From Mobula birostris (taxonomy: Eukaryota): DNA of 64,000 bases. Positions 40,520-51,962 of this stretch are shown piece after piece. The DNA lies in NCBI RefSeq assembly GCF_030028105.1, contig NC_092379.1, forward strand, positions 29,009,821 through 29,073,820, written 5' to 3'. The position numbers were made by a program, and so were the translations under genes. Below the pieces are notes generated by a model that worked only from the letters and a program-made list of their open reading frames with translations, was not told the DNA's origin and made no database searches. Within the stretch, counting starts at the first letter, position 1, and every line of letters starts with the position of its first letter.

Positions 40520-40645
40520 CCCACTGCCCAGATCCGTCGTCGCCCTGCAATCGGGAGGGGTGATAATGCAAAGATACACAGCGGAATGCAGCCCACAACC
40601 ACCGGAGATATTTTAATGTTAGCACTGGCCATTTGTTGTCCAAAC
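40520..40645 (-). pseudogene. V 3' fragment (FR3 + degenerate RSS), family C-like
   Basis: SAVYLCIITP followed by a spacer TTGCAGGGCGACGACGGATCTGG resembling the family C spacer. Heptamer and nonamer destroyed. Confidence 0.6.
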
Positions 40646-40784
40646 TATTTGAAATCCAGACCGATTTATTTTGCTTTTGAATATCGCCCTCTTAAGTCAA
40701 ACATGTAATTCTCGCAAATATCTGGGTGCGCCACTTCCAGTTTTCATCCAAATGCCGCCATCTGGTAGCCGTTTACTGCATCAT

Positions 40785-41127
40785 ACCTGGCCATGATGTA
40801 CAGGGCGTAGTCCATCACCAGAGCTCCAGAGATACTAAAATGAGCCACTCTGCTGCCCCTCTCCATAACAGAGGTAAACCACACCGGAGATCCTGGTGAC
40901 CACTCCATCTCTCCGGAGGTATATAACATCAACATGTATTTTGCAGTTTCCCCACGATACAAATGTATCAAAAAATGCAAACACGCCGTTGAAATTTGAA
41001 ATCACTCTTGCAATCAGCCCTTCCTCAACCGTTAATTCAGGAGACTGCTATGTCACTGTATCTTTCCAACTCGCTCCTGAAAGAAAAGGACAACCAACAT
41101 AATCAACAAAGAACTGAGGGAACACAT
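40785..41127 (-). pseudogene. V pseudogene with a deleted leader intron and deleted RSS
   Basis: MCSLSSLLIMLVVL is fused to the intron acceptor. Exon has a TAG and a frameshift, then AKYMLMLYTSGEMEWSPGSPVWFTSV...ISGALVMDYALY with no Cys. CTCF-like motif retained at 40755-40768. Confidence 0.8.
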
Positions 41128-41614
41128 GGTGTCTGACTTCCCACACAATCAAAAAACAACTTACTTCCAAAAGGTTCATAACGTTGATCGATATTGCAGA
41201 TGAAGATCAGTCCTGCTATATCTTTCAGCTGGTGGATTTACCCGCTCAATCGATTTATTGCTGGGAATAATAAATCCCGTTTCAAATAGGAATTAGAATT
41301 GCTTCATTTCGTCTGTCTGTCGCAACTTGTCTTTGTAAACTACTTTGTCCCAATCTTCCACCTCGCCGTTTCTCTCCTACTTTCACCCAATTAAAATCTC
41401 ATTTACTCCCTCCCAGGCAGTCTACTTCCCCCCTTTTCTTCTATCTCTCTCTCTCTCACACACACACACTCATATACATCATCGCTCCCCGTCTCGCCCG
41501 TATTTATTCTCAGACTCTCTCTTCAATCACCACGTCCCACACTCTAACTGTATCTTCCTTTACTGTTTGCAAGAGATTTAATTTCTTTCGTCTCTCATTC
41601 TACTAACCTCTTAA

Positions 41615-41760
41615 TTCAGTTAGTCCTGACGAAGGGTCTCGGTCCGAAACGTCGACTGTGATTCTTCCTATGGATGTTGTCTAGCCTGCTGCGTTCCACC
41701 AACATTTTGTCTGTGTTACTTGAATTTCCAGCATCTGAAGATTTCCTCATGTTTGCGCTA
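41615..41760 (+). mobile_element. Penelope-like element terminus
   Basis: Hammerhead motif followed by ggatgttgtctagcctgctgcgttccaccaaca...ccagcatctgaagatt, the same terminus as the other PLE copies. Confidence 0.65.
41621..41658 (+). ncRNA. Minimal hammerhead ribozyme motif (PLE-associated)
   Basis: TAGTC-CTGACGA-A-GGG(TCTCGG)TCC-GAAAC-GTC-GACTG: stem I, complete core, stem II, and a palindromic ACGT stem III. Confidence 0.6.
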
Positions 41761-42689
41761 CAAGCCTCCTCCCATCGCTTTCCTTCCTTTTCTCATTTTC
41801 ATTCCCTCACATTCCTTCCCGCTTTTCTCCTTTGCTTTCCTCGCTTTCCTTCTCTCCATCTCGTTCCATTCCTTCACCTTATTTTTAATTCCCATTTTGT
41901 TTCTTCCTATTCCGTCGGTGACTAATTTGCACGCTCTCAGCCCTCTCCACAGCTATTTCTGTCGCTTTCTCTCGTTCTCTAGTTCCACATCCTCCCTTTC
42001 CATTTCTCATGTTCTATCCATACCCTACATTCAATTTCACTTGCTTGCACCTTCTTTCTGCCGTGCCTCACCTTCCATCTCTATCATTCAACTGATTGCT
42101 CACTCGACCACTACTCCTTTCACTCTTTCACTTCTTCATCGCTTTCTGCGCCGCCATCGATCATTTACATACCCTAACTTTCTATCCCTCTGTTTCACTC
42201 GTTCTCTCTCTCCCTCACTGGTCACCGCCATTTCCCCTCACCTTCTACAACGTTATCCCCCATTCTTAAACTCCTATCTAAACATAATATACATCTTCCT
42301 CTCCTCGGCCCTGAAGACAGAAAGGTCACGCCCCTGAAGACCGAAAGAAATAGGAAAGTCTTTGCTCGGTGGTTGTGTACGGCGGTTAGCGAAGGTGTTG
42401 AATCAACTGTTGCTCGGCACTTAATTAGGCCTCGTCCAGAGCGGGTACGTTTTTGCCAAGGTCCTATGGATGGGCCTTATTGAATGTTGCCGGTGAGGCC
42501 TAGGGCGTCCCCTAGAGCGGCAACACGGTGATCTTTTGTGCAGTTCAGCTGTCACCTTGGGACTCAATGGGCTGAAACGCACAAAGATTTACGGTGGAAA
42601 TTATCCTGCTGTCCAGTTTTGTTCATCGAACCTGAACTTTAGATTGAACCGCGTTTCCATTCCAAAATAGTATCAAATTTGTTTCAGAG

Positions 42690-42924
42690 ATTTTCCAGAA
42701 TGTCACCAGTTTCCGAGTAGCTGCATCTCAGTGACGCTTCATCGCTCCTTAATTCCTGCCGATCCTGAGTCACCGAGTTTGCCCCACTTGTATCTGCAGA
42801 AACTCCCAGAGTGTGTGAGCGGCGTCGAATCGCACTGATCACATAGGACAAGCGCCAACGGATTAGACTGAGACACACCAGGGAGAGCAGCCGTTAGGAT
42901 CATCGACTAACACAGGGGAAACAT
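42690..42924 (-). pseudogene. V pseudogene, 3'-truncated
   Basis: Leader MFPLC*SMILTAALP with GT donor. Exon TSGANSVTQDRQELRSDEASLRCSYSETG, then lost. Confidence 0.75.
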
Positions 42925-44808
42925 GTTGTCTGCAATAAATCAATAATAGGATTTTATGAAATTGTTACTCGAGAGAAGTTATAGATTCAGTTCAGGGGCA
43001 GAAGAGACTCAGGTGGAACTAGAAAGCGTGACTCTCGCACCTCATTCGTCACTTACTCAAGGTGTATGATTATGGAATCAATCAGTACAATTATGTGTTC
43101 ACAGAAGCCCTTAGTTTCCCACTCATGATCCCCATCGGCGATATTCTTCTTGTAGTCTGAATCCTTCCCACACTGGCCCTCCTTGCTTTGTTTCTCTCCC
43201 GCAGTTAACTTCTCAACTGTTTGTCACTCTTTTCTCCTATCTCTTTCCCCTTCTCTTTTCCTTTCACAGTTTTGTTCTTCCTCTCTTTTACCCAATTCTC
43301 TATTCTGCTCTGTCTCACACACACCCACATGCGCACACATCCTCTCTCTCTCGCTCTCTCTTTCTCTTTCTCTCTCTCTCTCTATCTATCTATCTCTCAC
43401 TCTTACTTTCACTCTCCCTGTCTATCGCTAGTTTGCTCTGTGCCATATGCAAGTACACAGTTTGTATAATAATGGTTATACGACGTTGAATTTCTGAAAG
43501 AGGTTGTTCCCTTGTTTTACTGTTCTGTGTGGTGCCTGGAGACAATGCAGCGGTTAATATCACGTACAGCAGTTGTGAGATATGTACAGACAACCGAACG
43601 TTGGATGCTGATGTTAGAGAATGAAGATGATACCTGGAGTGGCGAAATGGCCTGTTCTTTCTCCTCTTGCTAATAACAGTTACGCTCTAAATTATCCTGG
43701 TTACTTCGGTTGACTATTCAGAAATGTGATCGTCACAGCTCACATTCTCAGTAAACAGAGCAGAAAGCATTGTGACGATAGTCAAGGGCAAAGACGAGAA
43801 GTTCGTTCTTGTGTGGTTTCGGATTTAAAAGTAAAACGGACTCTCTCTCCACGAGGCACATTCACGGAAGCTTCATTCGGAGTGCAGTGAGTCTCCTTTC
43901 AACAGATGTTTCAGGAGGTTCGGTGTTTATAGTGCTGAAGATGCTGTCTGTCCAAATAATCATATCGATTGAACCGTCCACATCTGTGTTGCAGAGCGAA
44001 GTATAAGCATTATTGGACATATAAAGTTTTTATGTGGCTTACCCAGTGAACCGAGGACGCTTCTCCTGGCAAAAGCAGCCAGGGTATTGAGACTTCGATA
44101 GGATTGAGAGGCATTGTCTTCAGAATGTGGGCTGAATATGGTGGAATCAGAATAGGAAAGGAAGGAAACCTGCGACCAGATAGGGGCGGGCTATCGGGAA
44201 GCTGGGGGGAGCGGGGTCGACATAGGTTATCAAGAGAGGATCGGAGTAGTTGTGGAAAGAAAATAATTCTCGGGGGGAAGGTTGGAGCGGGTTGGACAGG
44301 AGGAATTTTCTGAGGGGGATTTACGTTGATCAGAAGGAGAGACAGGGAACAGTATTGCCGGAGGATTTGAACATTGAGAAATAAAACTTAATAACATCGT
44401 TTTGCAGATACTCCATGGGAAAATACATGCAGTTCCATCAGTTTGTATTTTGCTTCACACTGCTATTGGTGGAAGCCGGCAAGGTCCGACTCTCCGTTTA
44501 TATCAAAACGCTATCCTCGTCTGTGCATCTTGCGGTCCTCCTCCCCTTCGAGTTCGAAACTGTAAGCAAGTAAAGAAAAGCAATAAGTAACGTCTTTTCT
44601 GAGCATAGGAGTCGGGTGTTCAATCTCTTGTCCCCTAACGGTGTTGTCTTCATAGGGCTCTGTCCTGGGAAGGTGTGAAGGTGCCTGGGTCTCGTGGCTG
44701 GGCTCACATTGATGTGGAGGTTAGGCTGAGGCCACCCTCTGGTATCAGAGCTCACTGCAGTCAGGATCTATTATTTGTCCAGATCCGCCTTCATCCCCAA
44801 TCTCTGTG

Positions 44809-45080
44809 GGCTAATTTGCGCAAAGATGCAGCGCAGAAACCCACACAAGAACTCCGGAGATAGTTTCCTGCTCTGGAAATACTGACATGGTTGTCTTCAG
44901 ACCGAGCGACGTAAGCAAGGATGAAGATTGTAAACATTTTTCGAAAGTTTCCGAGATACTGACTGTTCTACAGGTAGGCATTGGTAGTTCCTGAGTAATT
45001 TCAGCTCAGCGACATGCTCTGTTCTTCCTAACTCAATAATTCCTTCCGATCCTGGCTCAACTAATCCGGCCCATTCGTAC
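44809..45080 (-). pseudogene. V pseudogene with a retained 23-RSS (44770-44808)
   Basis: GTNGPD*LSQDRKELLS*EEQSMSLS*NYSG...TISGVLVWVSALHLCAN*. RSS CACAGAG + 23 nt + ACAAATAAT. Leader not found (CR1 debris upstream). Confidence 0.8.
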
Positions 45081-45129
45081 CTCCAACAAACCCAAAGTTT
45101 GTGAGGGGCGCCGGATCCTTATGGGTTGC

Positions 45130-46680
45130 GTTAAGAAACTGCAAGGGTTAAGGAACACTGCCGGCAGCTACATACAAGCCTCCCGACAGCAGGTAGAATG
45201 TGGAGTAGAGATTACAAGAGGAAATAGAAACGGCGTTTTAAAGGGTAATGTTATGTTAGTCATGGGAGATGTCAACATGCAGGTTGATTGGGAAAGTCAG
45301 GTTAGATATGGAGCTCAAGAGAGTGAGTTTGTTGAATGCCTATGAAACGACATTATAGAGCAAATTGTCCATCACCCTACAAGGGGATCAGTTGTATACG
45401 ATTGGATGTTGTGCAATGAACTGGAGATAATTAGTGACCTCAGGATAAAAGAACAATTTCAAGGCAGTGATCCCAATATGATTGAGTTCAACTTGAAATT
45501 TGCCAGTGAGGAAGTAAAGTCTGACAAAGCAGAATTTCAACACAGTAAAGGAAATTTCAGTGGTATGAGAGAGGAGTCGGTCAACGAATTCAGAGAGGAG
45601 GACTTGGAAGGGCAGGCTGCAAGGGAAGACAACAGAGCGAAAAGGGCGTGAATTTCTGGGGAAAATGCGAAAGGTGCCCGATACCTGTATCCAAAAATGA
45701 GGAAATACGCAAATGGAAAAGTAGTGCAACCGTGGCTGACAAGGTGAGTTAAAGCAAAACAGCGGCTACACAACAAAGCAAAAGTTAGTAGCAAGACAGA
45801 CGATTTTGAAGCTTTCAAAACCCGAGAGATCAACTAAAAGAATCATTAGGAGGAAAAAGATATATGAGCGCAAGCTAGCAAACGATATCAAAGTAGATAG
45901 TAAAAGGCAGATGAATGATATGAGTATTTCGCATCAGGCTTCACTGTGGAAGACCCGAGCAGAGGGTCAGTCGTTCCAAGGTGCAAGCTATGAGAATCCA
46001 ATTATGTGAGCGCAATTACGGTTACAAGGGTGAAGATCTTCAAAACGCTGAAGGACTTAAGGGTATATAAGTCATGCGAACCAGATGAACTGAATCCTTG
46101 CGTCCTAAAAGTAACAGGGGTGGAGATTGCGGAGGCATTAGAAATGATTTTTCAAAATCATTGTTAATGATATAGATGATGGAATAGATGGCTGTGTTCC
46201 CAAGTATGTAGATGATACAAAGATTGATGGAAGGATAACTCGTTCTGAGGAAATATGCAGGCTACAGGACAAAAAAGATGAGGAGAATGGGCAAGAGAGT
46301 GCAGACAAAGTACAATGTACCAAAATGAATGTCATGCACATTGGTATAAGAAATAACTGTGCAGACTATTTTGTAAACGGGGAGAAAATCCAAAAATCTA
46401 CGATGCAAAGAGACTTGGAGGATCCAAGTGCAGAACATCCTGATGGTTAACTTGCAGGTAGAGTCGATGGTGACGAAGGCAAATAAAATGCTAGCATTCA
46501 TTCAAGATGTCCAGAATACATGGGCAGAGACATAATGCAGAGGATTTATAAGACACGTGAGGCGTCACCTTGAGCATTCTTGAGCATTCTTGAGCATTGA
46601 GTTTTGGGTTCCAATTCTAACAATGATGTACTAGTATTGGAAAGGGTTCAGAGGATACTCACAAGGATGACACCGTCAGT
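45130..46680 (+). mobile_element. CR1 ORF2 debris, strongly decayed
   Basis: Fragments VMGDVNMQVDWE, HNMIEFNL-like and KYVDDTKI. Many indels. Confidence 0.7.
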
Positions 46681-46856
46681 CCCGCAAGCAAAGCAGCTGT
46701 CCAACTAAATGAAAAATGTAGTCAGTAATTTCTCCCCTTCCCCTGGAGTTTCGCCTTCTTAAGTCAATCACGTGACAGTGGTGGATATGTGTTTGCGCCC
46801 GGCTGTTTGCCGGCAAAGTGCTCCCTCTAGCGAGCGCTCACTGTATCACGGACGTC

Positions 46857-46895
46857 GAATTTTGTCCAGAGCCAGCATCGCCTTGCAACACTGTG
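46857..46895 (-). other. 23-RSS with consensus heptamer
   Basis: CACAGTG + 23 nt + ACAAAATTC. Confidence 0.92.
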
Positions 46896-47319
46896 GGCAC
46901 CATGGCACAAAGATAAACGGCGGAATCCGACACAAGAACACCAGTGATGTTCAAATGGGCTGCCTTGCCGTCACGCTGCCAACCAGCGGTAAACCTCGCT
47001 GGATTCCGGTCCATCTGCCCACTGCTATATACCGTCAGCAAATATCTTGGAGATTCCACGCGACGCTGAACGTACCAAAAAATAGATTGAGGAACGCCAG
47101 TGTAATTACAGTTCAGTGTTACACTTTGTTCTTCCGCAATCGTTAATTCAAGAGGCCATTGCATCACCGAATCTTTCCCATTTGTTCCTGCAATAAAAGG
47201 ACAGAATGCATGCATAAATTGGACTTTCTTCATACATACGGAACAGATATAGGGCGTTACCGCAGGGACTCACCGGGCAGCATAGTCAATATAATTAGCA
47301 GATAACACAGAGATTTCAT
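46896..47319 (-). CDS. TCR alpha/delta-like V segment, family C, intact (leader 47274-47319, V exon 46896-47187)
   Basis: Leader MKSLCYLLIILTMLPG with GTGAGT donor and TTGCAG acceptor. Open exon TNGKDSVMQWPLELTIAEEQSVTLNCNYTGVPQSIFWYVQRR...SDSAVYLCAMV. Confidence 0.92.
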
Positions 47320-48206
47320 GGTGTCTGCCTTCAAACTCGATCGAAAGACAGCCTACTGTCAATAGGTTAATATCCTTGACCGATCTTGAAGAGTAAAATC
47401 AGATCTGTAGCATATTTCAGCTGGTGTAAATCTGGGGGCGTTTCGCTGCCAATGGATTGATTGGCTGTGAGCATCGATCTGCGCCGGTCCGAGCACCAAT
47501 CACGGATCGGTTTCCTTCAGTTCCTCAATATGCTTTTATAAAACGGACGCCCGGAGCTGTAAAGAGCGTCGCGCTAACCACTGTGCCAGAGAGTGGTTAT
47601 ATCTCATTCTCTCTCTTGCCTTCTTCTTCCAGTCAGCCTCCCATCGCTGCTTCTCTCTCCTCCCAATGTTTATCGCAGTAATCTCTGTTCTATCGATAAC
47701 CATCTCTCGCTCGCTCACTTCAATTCTCTTCCATCTCCCCGAGTTATCCACTTTGTCATTCCATCATACCAAACCGCCCACATTCTCCCCCCATTTTACT
47801 CACCATATCAATCGCCCACCGTTTTCCCTAGATTTCACTTCCTCTGCCCACTCGCAAACCGGAATTCACACTCAGACGCGTTTATCTTCACATTTCTACC
47901 CTCCGCCAAACGGGCGAAACGCTACTGAGGCAGACAATAAGAAAAACGTCTTCACTCGGGGGAAAGGGGATGTGCTTTCTGTGCTAGTTTCTTGTCTCTC
48001 TGCGCTTCAACCTTCTCTCTCCAGGAAAGTCCTTGTCGCTTGTGTCTTGTGGACGGGCGAGAGTTGGATGAAAAAATTGCAGATGCTGAAAATCCAAAGC
48101 AGCTCACAAAACTCTGGAGGAAGTCAGCAGGTCAGGCAGAACCTTTCTCTATTCTGCTCTCTCTCTCACACACACACACCCAAATGCACACGCACATTCT
48201 CTCTCC

Positions 48207-48264
<58 letters not shown>

Positions 48265-48674
48265 CTCTTTTATCTATCTCCTCTCTCCTTTGCACGGATT
48301 TCCTGTGTTTTCTTTGTTAGGCACTGTGCAATGTAAATATATCACGTTTTTAGGCAATACTTATTATTTCTCGCTGCAGACTCTCGGAGAAAGCGGCCAA
48401 AGACAATGTCAGGCAAGGTTGTTAATCGTAGTATGCCGTGGCGGCAAAAGGGAATGGGTGAGAGCACATTGTGGTATTCCGGAAATGCATTGTAAAGTTA
48501 CAGTTTAGCTGCGCATTGTAATCAGGAAATGTTCCTTTAGATTCGGCGGCTTGTACTGCTGATTCACGCACACTTAAGGAGGACACGTCACCATGGCTGC
48601 TTTCTCGGTGCGCCCCTTCCAGTTTCACGGAAAGAAGACGTCCTGCAGTGAGTGCTTTTTGAATTATAGAGGAC

Positions 48675-49100
48675 CAGTTTTACACAAATGCCAGAATTCA
48701 ACATAAGAGATTGAGCGCTATGCAATTGAGCCGTCCAGCTGCCTTTATGCAAACTAGTGATAAATCTCACTGGGAAATCTGGATGTCCCTCCATTACTGC
48801 TGTACTATAATTTGCTTCAGCAAATAATTTGGAGTTTCTCCACAATGTTGAATGTTCCAAAATCTATCTGCATCAGCGTAACTGTAATCACATTTGAGTG
48901 TTATGGTCTATCCTCTCTCAGCCGTTCAGTCAGGAGGATCCGGCGTCACTGAATCTTTCCCATTCGCTTCTGCAATAAAGGACACAATACATCAACATAG
49001 CTGGCCTGTATTGAACGCCGGGGAAATTCGCTGGCCACCTTCAGAGGCTCCTCGGGAAGCACAGCCAATGCAATCAGTCATAAACATAAGGAAATATTGG
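48675..49100 (-). pseudogene. V pseudogene, family A
   Basis: Start codon lost, TGA in the leader, donor mutated. Several in-frame stops. A deletion removes YLC, the heptamer and the spacer. Abuts an N gap. Confidence 0.85.
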
Positions 49101-49323
49101 TGTCTAATTNNNNNNNNNNNNNNNNNNNNNNNNNNNNNNNNNNNNNNNNNNNNNNNNNNNNNNNNNNNNNNNNNNNNNNNNNNNNNNNNNNNNNNNNNNN
49201 NNNNNNNNNNNNNNNNNNNNNNNNNNNNNNNNNNNNNNNNNNNNNNNNNNNNNNNNNNNNNNNNNGATTACTGCCGATTCCCAATCGGGTATATCGGTAT
49301 AACAAGAATTACTGACTGTAACA

Positions 49324-49447
49324 TCGAAATAGCGACTGCTGTCTCCTCTCTCGCTTTTGAACGAGCGATATCAGTTTCTGATTTATCAATGAGAGATTGA
49401 TATCGCTCGTTCAAAAGTGAGAGAGGAGACAGCAGTCGCTATTTCGA
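49324..49447. repeat. 50-bp inverted repeat with a 24-nt loop
   Basis: 49324-49373 is the reverse complement of 49398-49447 with one mismatch. Confidence 0.9.
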
Positions 49448-51491
49448 AAGAGAGAGAGAATGCCTGTGAAACGATCAAATGTTGCAGTAAACAACTAGCT
49501 TTTGTTTTACTGTAGACCAAGCCACTCTTTGTGTCTGTGGTTGTTTCGATGGTTGTTGGTGGTGGAAATGCTGATGCTTTATGCTAGAATAAGCGAGAGA
49601 GGTAGAAGTTGGTCAGGTTAATGCTGTTTGCCGCTGATTGTGCGAGGGATGTGACAGGAGACGTTTAGGTTCTTATCTGTTTCTCCGATATTGATGCTTT
49701 GTGTTTTTGTTCTGTTTTAAGGATGTCGGTGAAAACCATAAATTTCAGGTTGTGTATTTTGTACCTTCTCTGATTTTAACCGGAACCATTAAAACAAACT
49801 GGGCATTCTTTTCGCTGTACCCTGGTACATCTGACAACAACAAATATATAATAAACATAAGCCAGTTTGATGTAACTGTGAGCGTCTGCAAAGTGAAGGA
49901 ATATGTCAGGCTGTCCTTCATTAGTTTATAGAACATGGGTTGAGCAGGAAAGTGGTGGTGGTGGTGGTGGTGGACTGCACAGCGCCTATCATGGCACCCT
50001 GGCGATATCTGGTATCATGTCCCAGGGATTCGGTTCGATTCCGACCTTCCGATGTGTCAGCGGATACTTACGTGCTCAGCTTCCACAATTCCCGAGTTGC
50101 TATGTTTTCCACTGCCCGTAAAACACGCTCTGGGTCACTCGTGCTCGTGATCCGAAGATCACTGAATGTACATGTTAAGAATTTGCGAATTTGGACAGAT
50201 AAATCAGTTGAAAATAAGATCATCAGATATAGGAACTGAATTAGGTCATTTGACCTGTCGAGTCAGCTCCGCCATTTCAGATGACAAGGTGTGGTAATGG
50301 AATTATTCGACACACTAAACATACAATTAAAATGAGATTTTCATAAGGTCGAAATATACCTTTGGAAACAGATGCTATCAGTTTGTGCTCCTTCGACTGT
50401 AACCGGACGTTTTCACTGTTTTTTTCTCTTCTATCGCTGGACAAATACAAAATTCTAAAAGCAAGTTCCCATGAAACAACAATAGACTATTCCCACTTGC
50501 AAGAGTGGAAAACTGTAGGATGAAATTGAATCTTAATCTTGGTATGACCTTCCTCTTTATTTCCTGCCTGCGCTGCATTTTTATACGTCTGTTCCACTTT
50601 ATTTATGTATCCTTTTATTGTTATATTTTCTACTATCTCGATAAGCTGTGTAGTGAATTCATCTGTATAAACAGAATCAATGCAATAATGCGACAATAAT
50701 TAACAAATTCGGTTTTCAATTTAGATATGTAGCAAGATGCTACACGTGCTGATAACATCGGATCCGTTAAATCTGGTCGGGAAACCAGATTATACAAGCA
50801 ATCACATTCCCATTCTCTCTTTCTTCCCTCGCTCTCTTTTATACTGAAAATGCCTTCAAAAATATGAATCTCAGGATAGTATGCGGTCACGTATATGTAT
50901 TTTAATCATAAATGTAATTCAAACATTGAATCTTTTTCTGACAGCCTGGAATGCAACGACCAAAATAGTATCTGCATTCTCCAACACGCTAAGCATCCGC
51001 AGGTTCTGTCGAATTATCTAAATACTCAGTATAAATCATAAGCAGCTGATGCAACATCCTTAATTTCAGTAGCATGTCACTTGCAATTACTTGTCAATTC
51101 GAAAATGACCAATTTTCACACCCTCTGTTTCCTTTAGTCAGCCATTGTGCTATTTAAATAAATCCCGGTTCCACTCCGTCCTCATTATTTCACACTGCAG
51201 GTACCTGAACAAAGTGGCCAAAGACGATGTCAAACAAGGCTGTCAATCGTGATAAGCTGTTGCAGCAAAAGACGGTGGGTAATTGTACATTCCGGATTGC
51301 AGAAAGTTATAAAGCGGAGCTTCTGTCCGCGTTGTAATCAGGAACTGCTCCTTTAGCTTCGGCGCCTTCTGCTGCTGAATGCAGCGGTCTGAATTAGGGC
51401 ACGTGACTGTGACTGATTTCTGGGGGTGCCCTCTGCAGATTCCTCGGAAAAAGGCGCCCTCCACTGAGACCTTTTTGCAATATACAGAACC

Positions 51492-51530
51492 AGTTTTTGC
51501 ACGGACACGCCGTCTCCATATAACAGTGTG
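51492..51530 (-). other. 23-RSS
   Basis: CACACTG + 23 nt + GCAAAAACT. Confidence 0.9.
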
Positions 51531-51962
51531 ATACTCATTGCACAGAGATACACAGCAGAGTCCGACACAAGAGCATCGCGGATATTCAGTTGCGACGTCT
51601 TGCTGCTTTTCTGTAAAGTAGCGGTAAACCTTTCTGGACAATCAGAATGCCGCTGCATTTCTCCTGTGCTATATAGCTTTAGCAAATAATTTGGAGGTCC
51701 TCCACTGTGTTGAATGTACCAAAAGATATATGGATCATCGTAAGTATAATTACAGTTCAGTGTTATGTTCTGTCCTTCCTTGGCAGTTACATCGGGAGGA
51801 TCCTGCGTCACTGAATCTTTCCCACTCGTTCCTGCAAGAAAGGACACAATACATCAACAACGCTGGCTTGTACTGAATGCCGGGCAAATTCGCTAGCCAG
51901 CTTCGCTAAGACTCACCAGGCAGCACAGCCAATAAGATCAGCAATGAACAGAGAGAAATCAT
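51531..51962 (-). CDS. TCR alpha/delta-like V segment, family A, intact (leader 51917-51962, V exon 51531-51831)
   Basis: Leader MISLCSLLILLAVLPG with GTGAGT donor and TTGCAG acceptor. Open exon TSGKDSVTQDPPDVTAKEGQNITLNCNYTYDDPYIFWYIQHSGGPPNYLL...DCPERF...SDSAVYLCAMS. Confidence 0.92.

Noticed and set aside
43430-43600. ORF with LLYVILTAALSPG (leader-like) and TVYLHMA (V-end-like)
   Set aside because: No ATG, no proper donor, no Cys or Trp and no RSS. Too weak to call.
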